The notes under the pieces were generated by a model. That model did no database searches and was not told the DNA's origin. It saw nothing but the letters and a program-made list of their open reading frames with translations. Below are positions 1 to 13,643 of a stretch of 64,000 nucleotides of DNA, piece after piece. Source of the DNA: Verrucomicrobiia bacterium (GTDB lineage Bacteria; Verrucomicrobiota; Verrucomicrobiia; Limisphaerales; UBA1319); contig OY760937.1 of NCBI GenBank assembly GCA_963664225.1, forward strand, positions 160,001 through 224,000, read 5' to 3'. Positions within the stretch are counted from its first letter, which is position 1. Every line of letters starts with the position of its first letter. A program made the position numbers and the translations under genes.

Positions 1-1
1 C

Positions 2-3000
2 TTTGCCGTTTTTCTCTATTCCAAACAACAACAGGCCCTGATGGATGGCGTGGATGCCAAATTGGAGACTGCGGCACGGATGGCCCAGGCCAATTTGCCT
101 GCCAACTACCACGACCGCATCGCCGGGCCGGGCTCGATTTCGGATCAGGAATACCAGGGCATCGTGGATCGCTTCAACCGTTTGTGCAAGAGCTTGGGAT
201 TGGAATACCTGTGGAGTGTGATGCCATTGGATGGCAGGATTGTATTCACCAGCGCCACATCCCCCGACAAGGAGGTCGGAAACAGAAAGCACGCGGCCTT
301 TCTGGAGGTGCATTCCAATCCAGGGCTTTACACGGACGCGCTCAGAAGCAAAACCAAGACGGTTCAGATCAATGAGGACCGATGGGGGAGTTTGAGGGTC
401 GTGCTGATTCCCTATCAGGATCAAAGAGGCCGGCCCTATTTGATGGGGGCGGGAATGCGGCTGTCCGAGGTGGACCGCGCGTTGAACGATCTGGTCCTCG
501 AGTGCGCGGTTGGAGGGGTGTTTCTGTTTCTCGTTAGCGTGGCCGGCATCTACCTGCTGGCAGGCCTCCTGTCGCGGCCGGTGGAGAGGCTGACCGAAAC
601 GATCAAGGCCATTGCAGCGGGAGATTTCACCCGGCAGGCGCCCGAGGATGGCGCGCGCGAGCATGTCCAGTTGGCGCGATGTTTTAACCAGCTAAACCAG
701 GCGGATCGGTGCCATATCCAGGAATTGACGCTGGAACGGGAGAACCTGCGCATTACGCTCCAGTCGATTGGGGACGGGGTGATCGTGACCGATGCCGCCG
801 GGCGCGTGGCGCGGATGAACCCGGTGGCGGAGCGGCTGACAGGCTGGCCTTTTGCGGATGCCGCGGGCAGGCCGTTGCTCGAAGTGTTTCGCATCGTCAA
901 TGCCCAAAGCCGCCAACTCGCGGACGATCCGGTCGCGCGCGTGTTGAAAACCGGCCTGGTGGTGGGTTTGGCCAACCACACCGCTCTGATCGCCCGGGAC
1001 GGCACGGAGCGTCAGATTGCCGACAGCGCGGCGCCCATCCGCGACGCGAATGCCCGGATATTGGGCGCGGTCATGGTCTTTTCAGATGTCACGGAGGCAT
1101 ACGCGATGCAGAAGGCCGTCCGCGAGGCTGAAGAACGATTCCACCTGCTTTTCGAGCGCATGATCGGCGGGGCCGCGCTGCATGAAATCATTTGCGACAC
1201 CTCGGGAAAACCCGTGGACTACCGGTTTCTGGAAGTCAATCCCGCATTCGAGCAACTCACCGGTTTTAAAGCGGCGGACGTCCTTGGGCGCACGGTGCGG
1301 GAGGTCATGCCGAAGGTGGAGCCGGACTGGATCGAGCGCTACGGACGCGTGGCCCTGACCGGCGCCTCGGACCGTTTCGATCACTATGCCGCGGAGCTGG
1401 ACAGGCATTTCTCAGTGGCGGCGTATTCGCCCAAACCGGGGCAGTTCGCCGTGGTGTTTCAAGACATCACCAGCGCCAAACGGGCGGAAGCCGCGCTGAT
1501 GGAGAGCGAGGCCCGCTACAAGAGCTATTTTGAAGAGAGCCAGGCCATCATGTTGTTGATCGATCCGGATACCGGCGCCATCGAAGAGGCCAACGCCGCC
1601 GCCGTTGATTTCTACGGATGGACCAAAGCGGAGTTGTGCGCGAAAAACATCGCCGATATCAACACCCTCCCCTGGGGGGACATTAAGGCGCAACTGGCCT
1701 TGGGGAATTCGGAAAAACGCAAACATCACTTCTTCAAGCACCGGCGCGCCTGCGGGGACATTCGCGATGTGGAGGTTTACAACGGACCCATCAAGGTGGA
1801 AGGCAAAACACTTTTTAAATCGATTGTCCAGGACATCACCGAGCGGAAGCAGGCGGAATTGAAATTGGAGCGCAGTCGCGCTGAGCTGAAGGCGGTGTAC
1901 GACCAGGCGCCGCTGTTGATGTGCGTGGTTGGCCGGAGCTGCGAGGTTCTGTATGGCAACCGCGCATTCACCGAGTTTGCAGGGCAATCCGGGGAGACAA
2001 TGCGCCCGGAAACCCCCGGCGCCGTGTTGCGGTGCATTCATGCGATCGAGGATCCCCGCGGATGCGGCTATGGCCACAATTGCGAATCCTGCGCCCTGCG
2101 GCTGGCCATGAAGGAAACCTTCGAGACGGGTTGCAGCCAGGAGGCCATCGAATACCGGACCACGTACCAGCGGGCGGGCATTATGCAGGAGATGGTCATG
2201 CTCGCATCGACATCCCTCATCGAAACCGGGGAGCAACCGGTGCTCCTGCTCTGTCTGGAAGATGTGACCGATCGCAGCCGGGCGGACCAGGCGCTCCGGG
2301 AGAGCGAGGCCCGCTTCCGCAGCTTTTATGAGCTGGGTTTGATCGGCATGTGGATTTCCACACTGGACAAGGGTTTTTCCCAATTCAACGACAGGCTTTG
2401 TGAAATCCTGGGATGGTCCCGCCAGGAACTGCCGGTCAAGAGCTGGTCGGAAATGACCCATCCGGAGGATCTGCCCGCCGACGTGGCGCTGTTCGAGCAG
2501 GTTCTTTCGGGGGTCAGGGAGGGATATTCGATGGACAAGCGGTTCATTCGCAAAAATGGGGAGGTTGTTTATACCTCCATGTCCGTGCGGTGCGTGCGCA
2601 ATCCGGACGGCTCGCCAAATCATTTTGTGGGCATGATGCAGGATATTTCGGATCGGAAGCGGAGCGAAGAGGTGATGAGCGGTTCCCTGCGGGAGAAAGA
2701 GGCACTGCTCAAGGAGGTGCATCACCGCGTCAAGAACAACCTTCAGATCGTCAGCAGCCTGTTGCGTTTGCAGGCGGCTCAAATCGATCATCCCATGGTC
2801 GCCGCCGCGCTGCGGGACATGCGCAACCGGATTCGTACCATGGCCCTGCTGCATGAGAACCTGTACCGCTCGGAAAACCTGGCTCAAGTAAACCTGGCCG
2901 AGTATTTGCAGGGTGTCTGCGCGCAGTTGCTTCGGTCGATGGTGTCGCAGCCGGGGCTGGTGAGATTGGAGATGAATATAGCCGCCGTGAGCCTGGATGT

Positions 3001-3331
3001 GGGGCAGGCGGTTCCTTGCGGTCTGCTGATCAATGAATTAGTTTCTAATTCTCTTAAACACGCTTTTCCCCAGGGCCGCTCTGGAGTGGTTCGCGTGGAG
3101 TTGCAGCCGGTGCCTGAAGAACGCTCGCTGCGATTACGCGTGTCCGATGACGGCGCGGGGCTGCCACCGGGATTCGATCTTCATGCCGTGCACAGCCTGG
3201 GGCTGCAACTGGTGGCCGATCTGGCCCGTCAGCTTCATGGCATCCTGGTGGCCTGGTCAGATAACGGGGCCGTTTTCGAGGTGGTTTTTGAGCCGATAAG
3301 CAATTATACCATGGCAACTGCGAATGAATAA
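2..3331 (+). CDS. HAMP/multi-PAS sensor histidine kinase (HisKA_2 type), 5'-truncated by window
   Basis: Frame is open back to the window start; TM + HAMP, several PAS/PAC repeats, EVHHRVKNNLQ H-box, NELVSNSLKHAF, DDGAG. Confidence 0.9.
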   Translation, partial: FAVFLYSKQQQALMDGVDAKLETAARMAQANLPANYHDRIAGPGSISDQEYQGIVDRFNRLCKSLGLEYLWSVMPLDGRIVFTSATSPDKEVGNRKHAAFLEVHSNPGLYTDALRSKTKTVQINEDRWGSLRVVLIPYQDQRGRPYLMGAGMRLSEVDRALNDLVLECAVGGVFLFLVSVAGIYLLAGLLSRPVERLTETIKAIAAGDFTRQAPEDGAREHVQLARCFNQLNQADRCHIQELTLERENLRITLQSIGDGVIVTDAAGRVARMNPVAERLTGWPFADAAGRPLLEVFRIVNAQSRQLADDPVARVLKTGLVVGLANHTALIARDGTERQIADSAAPIRDANARILGAVMVFSDVTEAYAMQKAVREAEERFHLLFERMIGGAALHEIICDTSGKPVDYRFLEVNPAFEQLTGFKAADVLGRTVREVMPKVEPDWIERYGRVALTGASDRFDHYAAELDRHFSVAAYSPKPGQFAVVFQDITSAKRAEAALMESEARYKSYFEESQAIMLLIDPDTGAIEEANAAAVDFYGWTKAELCAKNIADINTLPWGDIKAQLALGNSEKRKHHFFKHRRACGDIRDVEVYNGPIKVEGKTLFKSIVQDITERKQAELKLERSRAELKAVYDQAPLLMCVVGRSCEVLYGNRAFTEFAGQSGETMRPETPGAVLRCIHAIEDPRGCGYGHNCESCALRLAMKETFETGCSQEAIEYRTTYQRAGIMQEMVMLASTSLIETGEQPVLLLCLEDVTDRSRADQALRESEARFRSFYELGLIGMWISTLDKGFSQFNDRLCEILGWSRQELPVKSWSEMTHPEDLPADVALFEQVLSGVREGYSMDKRFIRKNGEVVYTSMSVRCVRNPDGSPNHFVGMMQDISDRKRSEEVMSGSLREKEALLKEVHHRVKNNLQIVSSLLRLQAAQIDHPMVAAALRDMRNRIRTMALLHENLYRSENLAQVNLAEYLQGVCAQLLRSMVSQPGLVRLEMNIAAVSLDVGQAVPCGLLINELVSNSLKHAFPQGRSGVVRVELQPVPEERSLRLRVSDDGAGLPPGFDLHAVHSLGLQLVADLARQLHGILVAWSDNGAVFEVVFEPISNYTMATANE

Positions 3332-6300
3332 GACGCGCATCCTAATTGTGGAAGACGAGGCCATTGTGGCTTTGGACATCCGTCGTCAACTAGCCGATCT
3401 GGGTTACGAACCGGTGGCGCACACGATGCAAGGTGAGGATGCCGTGACGCTTGCGGGGAACTTGCGCCCCGATCTGGTCCTCATGGATATCCAACTGGCG
3501 GGAGAAACGGACGGCATCGCCACCGCACAGGAGATTCGTCAGCGGTTTTCCATTCCTGTCGTCTTTCTGACCGCTTTCGCGGGGGAAGAGACCCTGAAGC
3601 GGGCCAAACTGGCCGAACCTTACGGCTATATCATCAAGCCGTTCGAGGATCGCGATCTGCGCACGGTGATTGAGATGGCCATTTACAAGCACCAGGCGGA
3701 AAGAGATTTGAAGGAGGGCCACGCGGCGCTGACGGCCATTGTTCAGGGGGCCATGGATGGGTTTTATTTCATCGATGGCCAGGGCCGTTTTCTGGATGTC
3801 AACGAGGCGTATTGCCAGATGACCGGCTATTCCCGGGAGGAGCTGCTGCGAATGTCGATCAGCGATCTGGCTGTGGACGAGACGCAGGAGCAAATCCTTG
3901 CCGATATCGCCAATCGGTTGCAGAACGGATTCAAGCGCTTTGAGAGGCGGCAACGCTGCAAGGATGGGCGCCTGGCGGACATCGAGGTCAGCCCCGGTTT
4001 TATTCCAGGAGACAAGCCCCGGTTGTTTGGTTTCGCCCGTGACATCACCGATCGCAAGCGTGCCGAGGAGGAGCGAGAGGCCACGCTGAAGCTGCTCAAT
4101 CTGGTGAATAGTGAGAACGACCTCCACGGTTTAATGGAGGCGGCGACCATTTTATTGCGGGATTGGTCCGGCTGCACCGCGGTGGGCATACGATTAAAGG
4201 AGGACAAGGATTATCCCTATTTTGAAACGCGTGGATTTCCTCCCGAATTTGTCGCTGCTGAAAACAAGTTATGCCGGTATGATGCGAGCGGCAATCCGGT
4301 TTGCGACGATCTGGGAAATCCCGCGTTGGACTGCATGTGCGGCAATGTCCTCTGCGGAAGGTTTGACTCCGCGCTGCCATTTTTCACGGAACACGGCAGT
4401 TTCTGGACCAATTCGACGACGGCGCTGCTTGCCACCACCCCGCAGGAAGACCTGCAGTCGAGCACCCGGAACCGTTGCAATGGGGAAGGTTATGAATCGG
4501 TGGCCTTGATTCCATTGCGAGTGGGGGCTGTCACCCTCGGACTGCTCCAGATGAACGACAGTCGAAAGGACCGTTTCACACCGTACACCATTGGATTACT
4601 GGAGCGAATGTCGAACAGCCTGGCCGTTGCCGTGGCGCATCGCCAGGCTCAGGAAAAAGTCCTCGAAAGCGCGACCAAATTCCGCTCCTACATCCAGAAC
4701 GCTCCCATCGGCATCGCCGTGGCTGACCGTGAGGGCCGCTATGTGGAGGTGAATCCGGCCGTGGCGGACATGCTGGGGTATTCCGAGGAGGAATTTCTCA
4801 AGTTGCGTGTTCACGATGTTCTGGCCCCCTCCAAAGTGGCGGAGGGATTGAGCCTCTTCCGAAAACTTGTCGAGGAGAATGCCGCTTCCGGCGAGAAGCT
4901 GCTCCTCAGAAAGGACGGGACCGAATTTTGGGCGATGGTTTCTTCAGTAAGGTTGAATGACAATCGCTTCATGGCCTTCCATCAGGACATTTCCGCGCGC
5001 AAGAACGCCGAACAGGAAGCCCTGAGCGCCGCATCCTTGCTGGAGGCCGCTTTCGAATCCACGGCCGATGCCCTGCTCATGTCCAACCGTGACGGGCTCA
5101 TGACGCATTATAATCATAATTTTGTCGAGTTATGGAATCTTCCCAAAGAAGTGCTTGCCAGCGGAGATGAAAAGTTGGCCATCGAAGCAGTGCTCGAAAA
5201 AGTCAGGGAGCCGATTGGCTTTAAGAAACGCATTCTGTATCTCTACGAACATCCCGAGGAGGATGCATTCGATATGGTGGAGTTAAAGAACGGGCGCATT
5301 CTGGAGAGGTATTCCAAATCGTATCGTGTCGGAGGCAGGGTGGTGGGCCGTGTGTGGAGCTTTCGTGACGTCACCAATCGCAAGCGCCTTGAGGACCAAT
5401 TGCGCCAGGCCCAGAAAATGGAGGCCGTGGGGCAGTTGGCCGGTGGGGTGGCCCACGATTTCAATAACATCCTCGCAGTGATTCTCATGCACCTGGGCTT
5501 GCTCCAGGAAGAGTCCGCGTTGAGCGAGGCTGTTCGCGGTTCCCTCAGGGATCTCACGACGGAGGCCCAGCGCGCCGCCGCGCTCACCCGTCAACTGCTC
5601 GCGTTCAGCCGCCGACAGATCATCCAGATCAAGCCGGTGGACCTGGATGTGCTGGTGGAGAATTTGCTCAAAATGCTCCGGCGGTTGCTCGGCGAGCACA
5701 TTACATTGGATTGGCAATGCGAATCCGGCCTGCCCCTGCTCAATGCCGATCCGGGCATGGTCGAGCAGATCGTTATGAACCTGTCCGTCAACGCACGGGA
5801 TGCCATGCCCGGCGGCGGAAGCATCACCATTAGGGCAAAGCCCGTACGCATCGAGGAAAACGGGGCCGGTAATCATCCGGAGAGCCGTGCTGGTAATTTT
5901 GTGCGGTTGGATGTCATGGACACCGGCTGCGGTATGGATGAAGGGGTCCTCAAACACATTTTCGAGCCATTCTTCACCACCAAGGAAGTGGGCCGCGGGA
6001 CTGGTTTGGGGCTTTCGACCGTGTATGGCATTGTCAAACAACATGGTGGATGGATGGAAGTCGAAAGTGTGGTTGGCAAGGGGAGCTCCTTCCATGTCTT
6101 TCTGCCCGTGTGCGCCTCCGTCAGGCCCGGTGAAAACAACAACAAATCCACGCCTGTGGTCGGAGGCAGGGGCGAAACCATTCTCGTGGTCGAAGACGAA
6201 ACCGCGGTGCAGCAGCTTGTCCGCCGCACCCTGGAGCGCAACGGATACCGCGTTCTCCAGGCCTCCAGCGGACCTGAGGCCCTGGGTCTGTGGAGGCAAT

Positions 6301-6560
6301 ACCGCGCGGACATCGACCTGCTCTTTAGCGATGTCGTCATGCCCCACGGGATGACGGGCTACCAGCTCGCCGATTCCTTGCGCAAGGACAAGCCCGGTCT
6401 CAAGGTCATTCTTTCGACCGGCTATAGCGATAAACTCATTGAGTTTGGCAGGCAGGGCATACAAACCTTTTTCGTTCTCGCAAAGCCCTACACTTCCTCC
6501 GCGTTGCTGGCCGCCATACGCAATACCCTTGATAAGGGCAGCGCCATTGACAAGACCTGA
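3324..6560 (+). CDS. Hybrid REC-PAS-GAF-PAS histidine kinase/response regulator
   Basis: N- and C-terminal receiver domains, AHDFNNIL H-box, FEPFFTTK/GTGLGL; overlaps upstream kinase. Confidence 0.92.
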   Translation: MNKTRILIVEDEAIVALDIRRQLADLGYEPVAHTMQGEDAVTLAGNLRPDLVLMDIQLAGETDGIATAQEIRQRFSIPVVFLTAFAGEETLKRAKLAEPYGYIIKPFEDRDLRTVIEMAIYKHQAERDLKEGHAALTAIVQGAMDGFYFIDGQGRFLDVNEAYCQMTGYSREELLRMSISDLAVDETQEQILADIANRLQNGFKRFERRQRCKDGRLADIEVSPGFIPGDKPRLFGFARDITDRKRAEEEREATLKLLNLVNSENDLHGLMEAATILLRDWSGCTAVGIRLKEDKDYPYFETRGFPPEFVAAENKLCRYDASGNPVCDDLGNPALDCMCGNVLCGRFDSALPFFTEHGSFWTNSTTALLATTPQEDLQSSTRNRCNGEGYESVALIPLRVGAVTLGLLQMNDSRKDRFTPYTIGLLERMSNSLAVAVAHRQAQEKVLESATKFRSYIQNAPIGIAVADREGRYVEVNPAVADMLGYSEEEFLKLRVHDVLAPSKVAEGLSLFRKLVEENAASGEKLLLRKDGTEFWAMVSSVRLNDNRFMAFHQDISARKNAEQEALSAASLLEAAFESTADALLMSNRDGLMTHYNHNFVELWNLPKEVLASGDEKLAIEAVLEKVREPIGFKKRILYLYEHPEEDAFDMVELKNGRILERYSKSYRVGGRVVGRVWSFRDVTNRKRLEDQLRQAQKMEAVGQLAGGVAHDFNNILAVILMHLGLLQEESALSEAVRGSLRDLTTEAQRAAALTRQLLAFSRRQIIQIKPVDLDVLVENLLKMLRRLLGEHITLDWQCESGLPLLNADPGMVEQIVMNLSVNARDAMPGGGSITIRAKPVRIEENGAGNHPESRAGNFVRLDVMDTGCGMDEGVLKHIFEPFFTTKEVGRGTGLGLSTVYGIVKQHGGWMEVESVVGKGSSFHVFLPVCASVRPGENNNKSTPVVGGRGETILVVEDETAVQQLVRRTLERNGYRVLQASSGPEALGLWRQYRADIDLLFSDVVMPHGMTGYQLADSLRKDKPGLKVILSTGYSDKLIEFGRQGIQTFFVLAKPYTSSALLAAIRNTLDKGSAIDKT

Positions 6561-6633
6561 CCGGCGGCCTTTTCGATTTCGACCGCGATTCCGGTGCGCC
6601 CTTTGGCACACGTCACACGCGCGTCCCCGCTTT

Positions 6634-7182
6634 CTATTGGCCGCCCGGATGAAGATCGTCGCCGGGGTAGAAGGCACCGCGCAAAAGCAGGTTTAGTTCG
6701 TGAACCGCCAGACTCAGATCCGCAAAAGTGTCCGCAGTGGCTTCATCAGTTGTTTCGATGTTCAGCCGTTTCTTGACGTGTTGAAAACGAAGGCTCAACG
6801 CCAGGGATTCTTCCTCGTTGCCAAGTTGCTGAAGCAACTGCCGCACCCGCTCCGCGAGCCGCAGAGTTTTGCGAATGGCCCGTATGGCGAAGACAGGCGT
6901 CACCCGGCCATCGTGAACCGCCTTGTATAGGCCGCACTCGAAATCGCGGCAATGGGCTGGGCGGTCGGCATAGACACGGCAGTGACATCCATTCAAGGCG
7001 GCGCAGGGTTGGGGGAGGCGGAGTTTGCCACGGCCGGATAGAAGTTTGAGCCCATGACCGCGAAGCGTGTCGGCACCCGGGCCGGGTGGGAGTTCAACAT
7101 CACGAAAAAGCACTCCGTTACAGCAAATGCCGCATTGGAGACACAGCTTTTCCATGCTGTATGGAGGGGGTTCCATGTTCAA
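6634..7182 (-). CDS. YkgJ-family (CxxCxxCC) cysteine cluster protein
   Basis: CLQCGICC, QPCAAL..CRVYADRPAHCRDFEC motifs. Confidence 0.8.
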   Translation of the reverse strand: MNMEPPPYSMEKLCLQCGICCNGVLFRDVELPPGPGADTLRGHGLKLLSGRGKLRLPQPCAALNGCHCRVYADRPAHCRDFECGLYKAVHDGRVTPVFAIRAIRKTLRLAERVRQLLQQLGNEEESLALSLRFQHVKKRLNIETTDEATADTFADLSLAVHELNLLLRGAFYPGDDLHPGGQ

Positions 7183-7247
7183 ACGGGACCGGTCGAATCC
7201 CCGAATTGAGGGAATTCGACCGGTTGGCTCCGAATATAACGACGATA

Positions 7248-7691
7248 TTAGAATTTCTTGTTCGCCCGGGCTTTGGCCGCGTGCTTGGCCCTCATGGCGG
7301 CGGCGATTTTCGCCTTTGTCTCAGGGCTCATGACTTTCTTGCCTGGCGCGGTCTTTTTGGCCAGAGGCTGAAACATCGGTTTGACGGTGCTGACGGTGCT
7401 GAGTTTTGCCGCCTTTTCGGCGCGAACTTTCGCCCAGCGGCGCGCCTGGGCGGCGGCGATTTTCGCCTTCCACTCCGGGGTCATGATGCGCTTGCCCTTG
7501 GTGGTCCTGGTGGCCCTTGCCGCCGGGGCTGTGGCGAACGATTTCACGGACGTCAATGTTGTGACCGGCGTTACGGGTGTGTCGCTCAGAATCGAAGACA
7601 ACTCCTGTTCGAGTTTCTCGATCTGCTCGCGGACATCCAATGCCCGTTTCAATTGTTCCACCGACAAACTGGCTGATATGTTAGATTTCAT
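7248..7691 (-). CDS. Basic histone-like hypothetical protein
   Basis: N-terminal coiled coil, K/A-rich, two M(T/S)PExKAKIAAA repeats. Confidence 0.7.
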   Translation of the reverse strand: MKSNISASLSVEQLKRALDVREQIEKLEQELSSILSDTPVTPVTTLTSVKSFATAPAARATRTTKGKRIMTPEWKAKIAAAQARRWAKVRAEKAAKLSTVSTVKPMFQPLAKKTAPGKKVMSPETKAKIAAAMRAKHAAKARANKKF

Positions 7692-7775
7692 CTTTGTATC
7701 CTTAATCTACACGAATAGTATTGGTTATAAACAAAAAAACAACTTCATTTGCTGTTGCGGGCATTTTTTGGGCGT

Positions 7776-8645
7776 TTATGCGGGGAATATCCCCCGCAAA
7801 TAGTTCAAGTCGGCGCGGTAATCTTCCACAATGGAATGGGGCGCGGCGGCCTCGATTTGTATCCAGCCCCGGTAGTCAATGTCGTCCATGGCCGCGCGAA
7901 CCTGTTTAAAATCGATGCGTCCCTTGCCGAGCATGTTGCCGGCGTCCTTGGCGTGGAATTCGCAGATGCGTTTGCCGAGGAGGCGGATTTCCTTGAGGAT
8001 ATCGTAGCCTTTGTCGGTGGAGTTGCCGACGTCATAATAGACCTGCACCGCGGGGGAACCGACGCGGTCCATGATGCCGATGTTGGCTTCCGCGCTCATA
8101 TAGTTTTCGAGCCCAAGCAGGACGCCGGCTTTTTCCGCCCGGGGCGCGATTTCCTTGAGCAAATCGACCACCCGGTCGATGGATGGCTTGTCGTCGGCGC
8201 GCAATTCGCCTTTGGCAAAGCACGCTATGAGAACTACTTTGACATTCAGGGCCTTGCAGACTTCGATACTATCCAGAAGCCAGATGGCGGCCCGGGGTTC
8301 GGAGAATAAAGGCACGTTGTTGGTCTCTGAAAGGGCCAGGGAAGCCACTTCCACTTTGTTCTCGCGGGCGGCCTTGAGATACTGTTGTTGAACTTCCCGT
8401 TGGCGCATTCTCATCCGATCGCCCACGGAGCCCATGGACACTTGCACGCCGTCCAGGCCGATTTCACGGGCGATTTGCATGCAGGACGGATCGTTGCGTC
8501 CGAGGGACCAATCGCACGCGCCGATTTTAAATCCGCGACTTCCCGGCGCCGCAAACAACGGGCCGAAGGATTGGGCGAGGGTGATGGCGGCGGCGGCCTG
8601 GGCCGTGCGCGAAACCATCTGGCGGCGGGTCAACACGTTATTCAT
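7776..8645 (-). CDS. Tat-exported sugar phosphate isomerase/epimerase (TIM barrel)
   Basis: TRRQM Tat signal; GLEN, YYDVGN, EFHAKD, IQIE metal-binding motifs. Confidence 0.85.
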   Translation of the reverse strand: MNNVLTRRQMVSRTAQAAAAITLAQSFGPLFAAPGSRGFKIGACDWSLGRNDPSCMQIAREIGLDGVQVSMGSVGDRMRMRQREVQQQYLKAARENKVEVASLALSETNNVPLFSEPRAAIWLLDSIEVCKALNVKVVLIACFAKGELRADDKPSIDRVVDLLKEIAPRAEKAGVLLGLENYMSAEANIGIMDRVGSPAVQVYYDVGNSTDKGYDILKEIRLLGKRICEFHAKDAGNMLGKGRIDFKQVRAAMDDIDYRGWIQIEAAAPHSIVEDYRADLNYLRGIFPA

Positions 8646-8807
8646 GGGTAAAAATCTTCAACAATAATCCGGTTCGCATGCATTCGACATGGAATGCCAA
8701 TGCCATATGTCCCATCGGTGAGCTGCAAGCGTATCGGTTGATGGGAATATATTATAGGAATCCAATGGTTACGCAAGGTGAAATTGCGTCAGGCGATTGC
8801 GCATTGA

Positions 8808-12059
<3,252 letters not shown>

Positions 12060-12106
12060 AACGGACAAGGTTGAAGCCGGTATAGACAGGAGTTGGTCCC
12101 ATGCAA

Positions 12107-12189
12107 GGAGGGCGTGCAGTCCTCTGCGCGCCGCAGTTCCGCCAGCTCCTGTCTATTCGTTCGGCGTGCAGAGGACTGCCCGCCCTACC
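12107..12189. repeat. Inverted pair of GTAG-type REP sequences (REPIN-like) downstream of RAYT
   Basis: ggagggcgtgcagtcctctgcgcgccg (12107) and inverted cggcgtgcagaggactgcccgccctacc (12162). Confidence 0.85.
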
Positions 12190-12225
12190 ATTGCGCGAGA
12201 GGGTCGAGGCGCTTGAAATGTTTTG

Positions 12226-12693
12226 TTAGCCTGGAAGCGGGAGCGGCCGGTCTTTGGGACGAAAAACCCAAACCCATTCTTCGGCGCGTTCGCATAAGCC
12301 GCTCCTCACAGGATTCATCAGAATGTAATTTGTCTTTTCTTGCATTTCCCAATGGTTCCGCAGCCGATGGTCGAAGAAGTCACGTTGCCATTTCACGCCG
12401 CATTTAAGAGCTGCGAACTTCTTCCAGTTCTTGAGAGCTGTTTCCATGCCTGGTTCCTGGGGAAACATCAGAATCGCATGCAAATGGTCGGGCATGAGCA
12501 GACAAAGGCGGCAGTGCCAGACGAATTGGTAGTGATTGTGCGTTATCGAGGCCAGGACGGTGTCACCGATACCAGCGCGGCAAAGTTGATTTTTCCCTGG
12601 CGGCGCACAGTTGATGGTGACGAAAAAGTGACTGCCTTCAGCGACCCATTGTGGGATCTTATGCGGAAGCCGTTTACGAACTGGCAGATCCAT
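12226..12693 (-). mobile_element. REP-associated tyrosine transposase (RAYT, Y1 HUH)
   Basis: RKRLPH, FFVTIN, MPDHLH (HUH), WQRDFFDHRLR, YILMNPV; flanked by REPs. Confidence 0.88.
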
Positions 12694-12773
12694 GGGGTGA
12701 TAATAAACAGACCGGTTTGTGAAGCAAGGTTTGCGTTGAAACCATAGCCGTCGGAACGAGACGAAATTCCAAG

Positions 12774-12944
12774 GTAGGGCGTGCAGTCCTCTGCGCGCCG
12801 CTGTTTCTGCAACACCTGTCTATTCGTTCGATTGCAGAAGACTGCGTCCGCTTGGTCGCACGTCACAGAGCAAAACAAAGTGGAAGCTGAAATCGAAAGG
12901 ACTTGGTCGAATCGAAGGTAGGGCGTGCAGTCCTCTGCGCGCCG
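12774..12944 (+). repeat. Two direct REP copies upstream of RAYT
   Basis: GTAGGGCGTGCAGTCCTCTGCGCGCCG at 12774 and 12918. Confidence 0.88.
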
Positions 12945-13106
12945 CTGGACAAGGCGAGAGGCCAGTCAAAGCAAGGCCCGCACCGGGCGACAAGCGAATC
13001 ATACTTTGCACATCCCTTTCATCGCAATGAAACGCCGCTCCGTTCCGTCAGCCGCAAAAATGTTGGTGAAGCGTCTTGAATTCGATTAATGTGATATAAA
13101 TCGATT

Positions 13107-13607
13107 ATGGGTCTTATCTGGAATCTGGCGTCGTTGGCAAAGAATGCGAAGCAGGCGGTTGGCTCTTTGGAACAGGTGAAAGGGCAAACCGCGCGATGCT
13201 ATGGCGCATTGAAACAAGTTCAGGATAACCTGATACAGAAGACTTACGACAAGGCGCAGGCTGGCAACAACGAGGCCCAGTTCGACATGGGGGAACGCTT
13301 TTTTCAGGGACTCGGCGTGCCCAAGGATTATGCGGAGTCTGCCGCATGGTTCCTGCGGGCGGCACGGCAGGGGCATGCCAGGGCTCAAAACTACCTGGCG
13401 ATGATGTGTTTCCTGGGGCGCGGAGTGAATGTCGATCCGGCCGAGGCTTACAAATGGAGCTGTCTGGCTGCGGCCAGCGGTGAGGAAGAAGTGTTGAACA
13501 CCAAACGGAAGATCGCCTCCAAAATATCCCCTGAAGCATTGGCCGAAGGAGAGAAGCGGGTGGCTGAGTTTAAAATCGTGATGGAGACACCTCCCCCGCA
13601 AGGTTGA
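13107..13607 (+). CDS. Sel1-repeat protein
   Basis: AQFDMG..GLGVPKDY..WFLRAARQGHARAQ. Confidence 0.85.
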   Translation: MGLIWNLASLAKNAKQAVGSLEQVKGQTARCYGALKQVQDNLIQKTYDKAQAGNNEAQFDMGERFFQGLGVPKDYAESAAWFLRAARQGHARAQNYLAMMCFLGRGVNVDPAEAYKWSCLAAASGEEEVLNTKRKIASKISPEALAEGEKRVAEFKIVMETPPPQG

Positions 13608-13643
13608 ATCCGACCCAATTCTGCATGACCCAGGATTGCTTTT

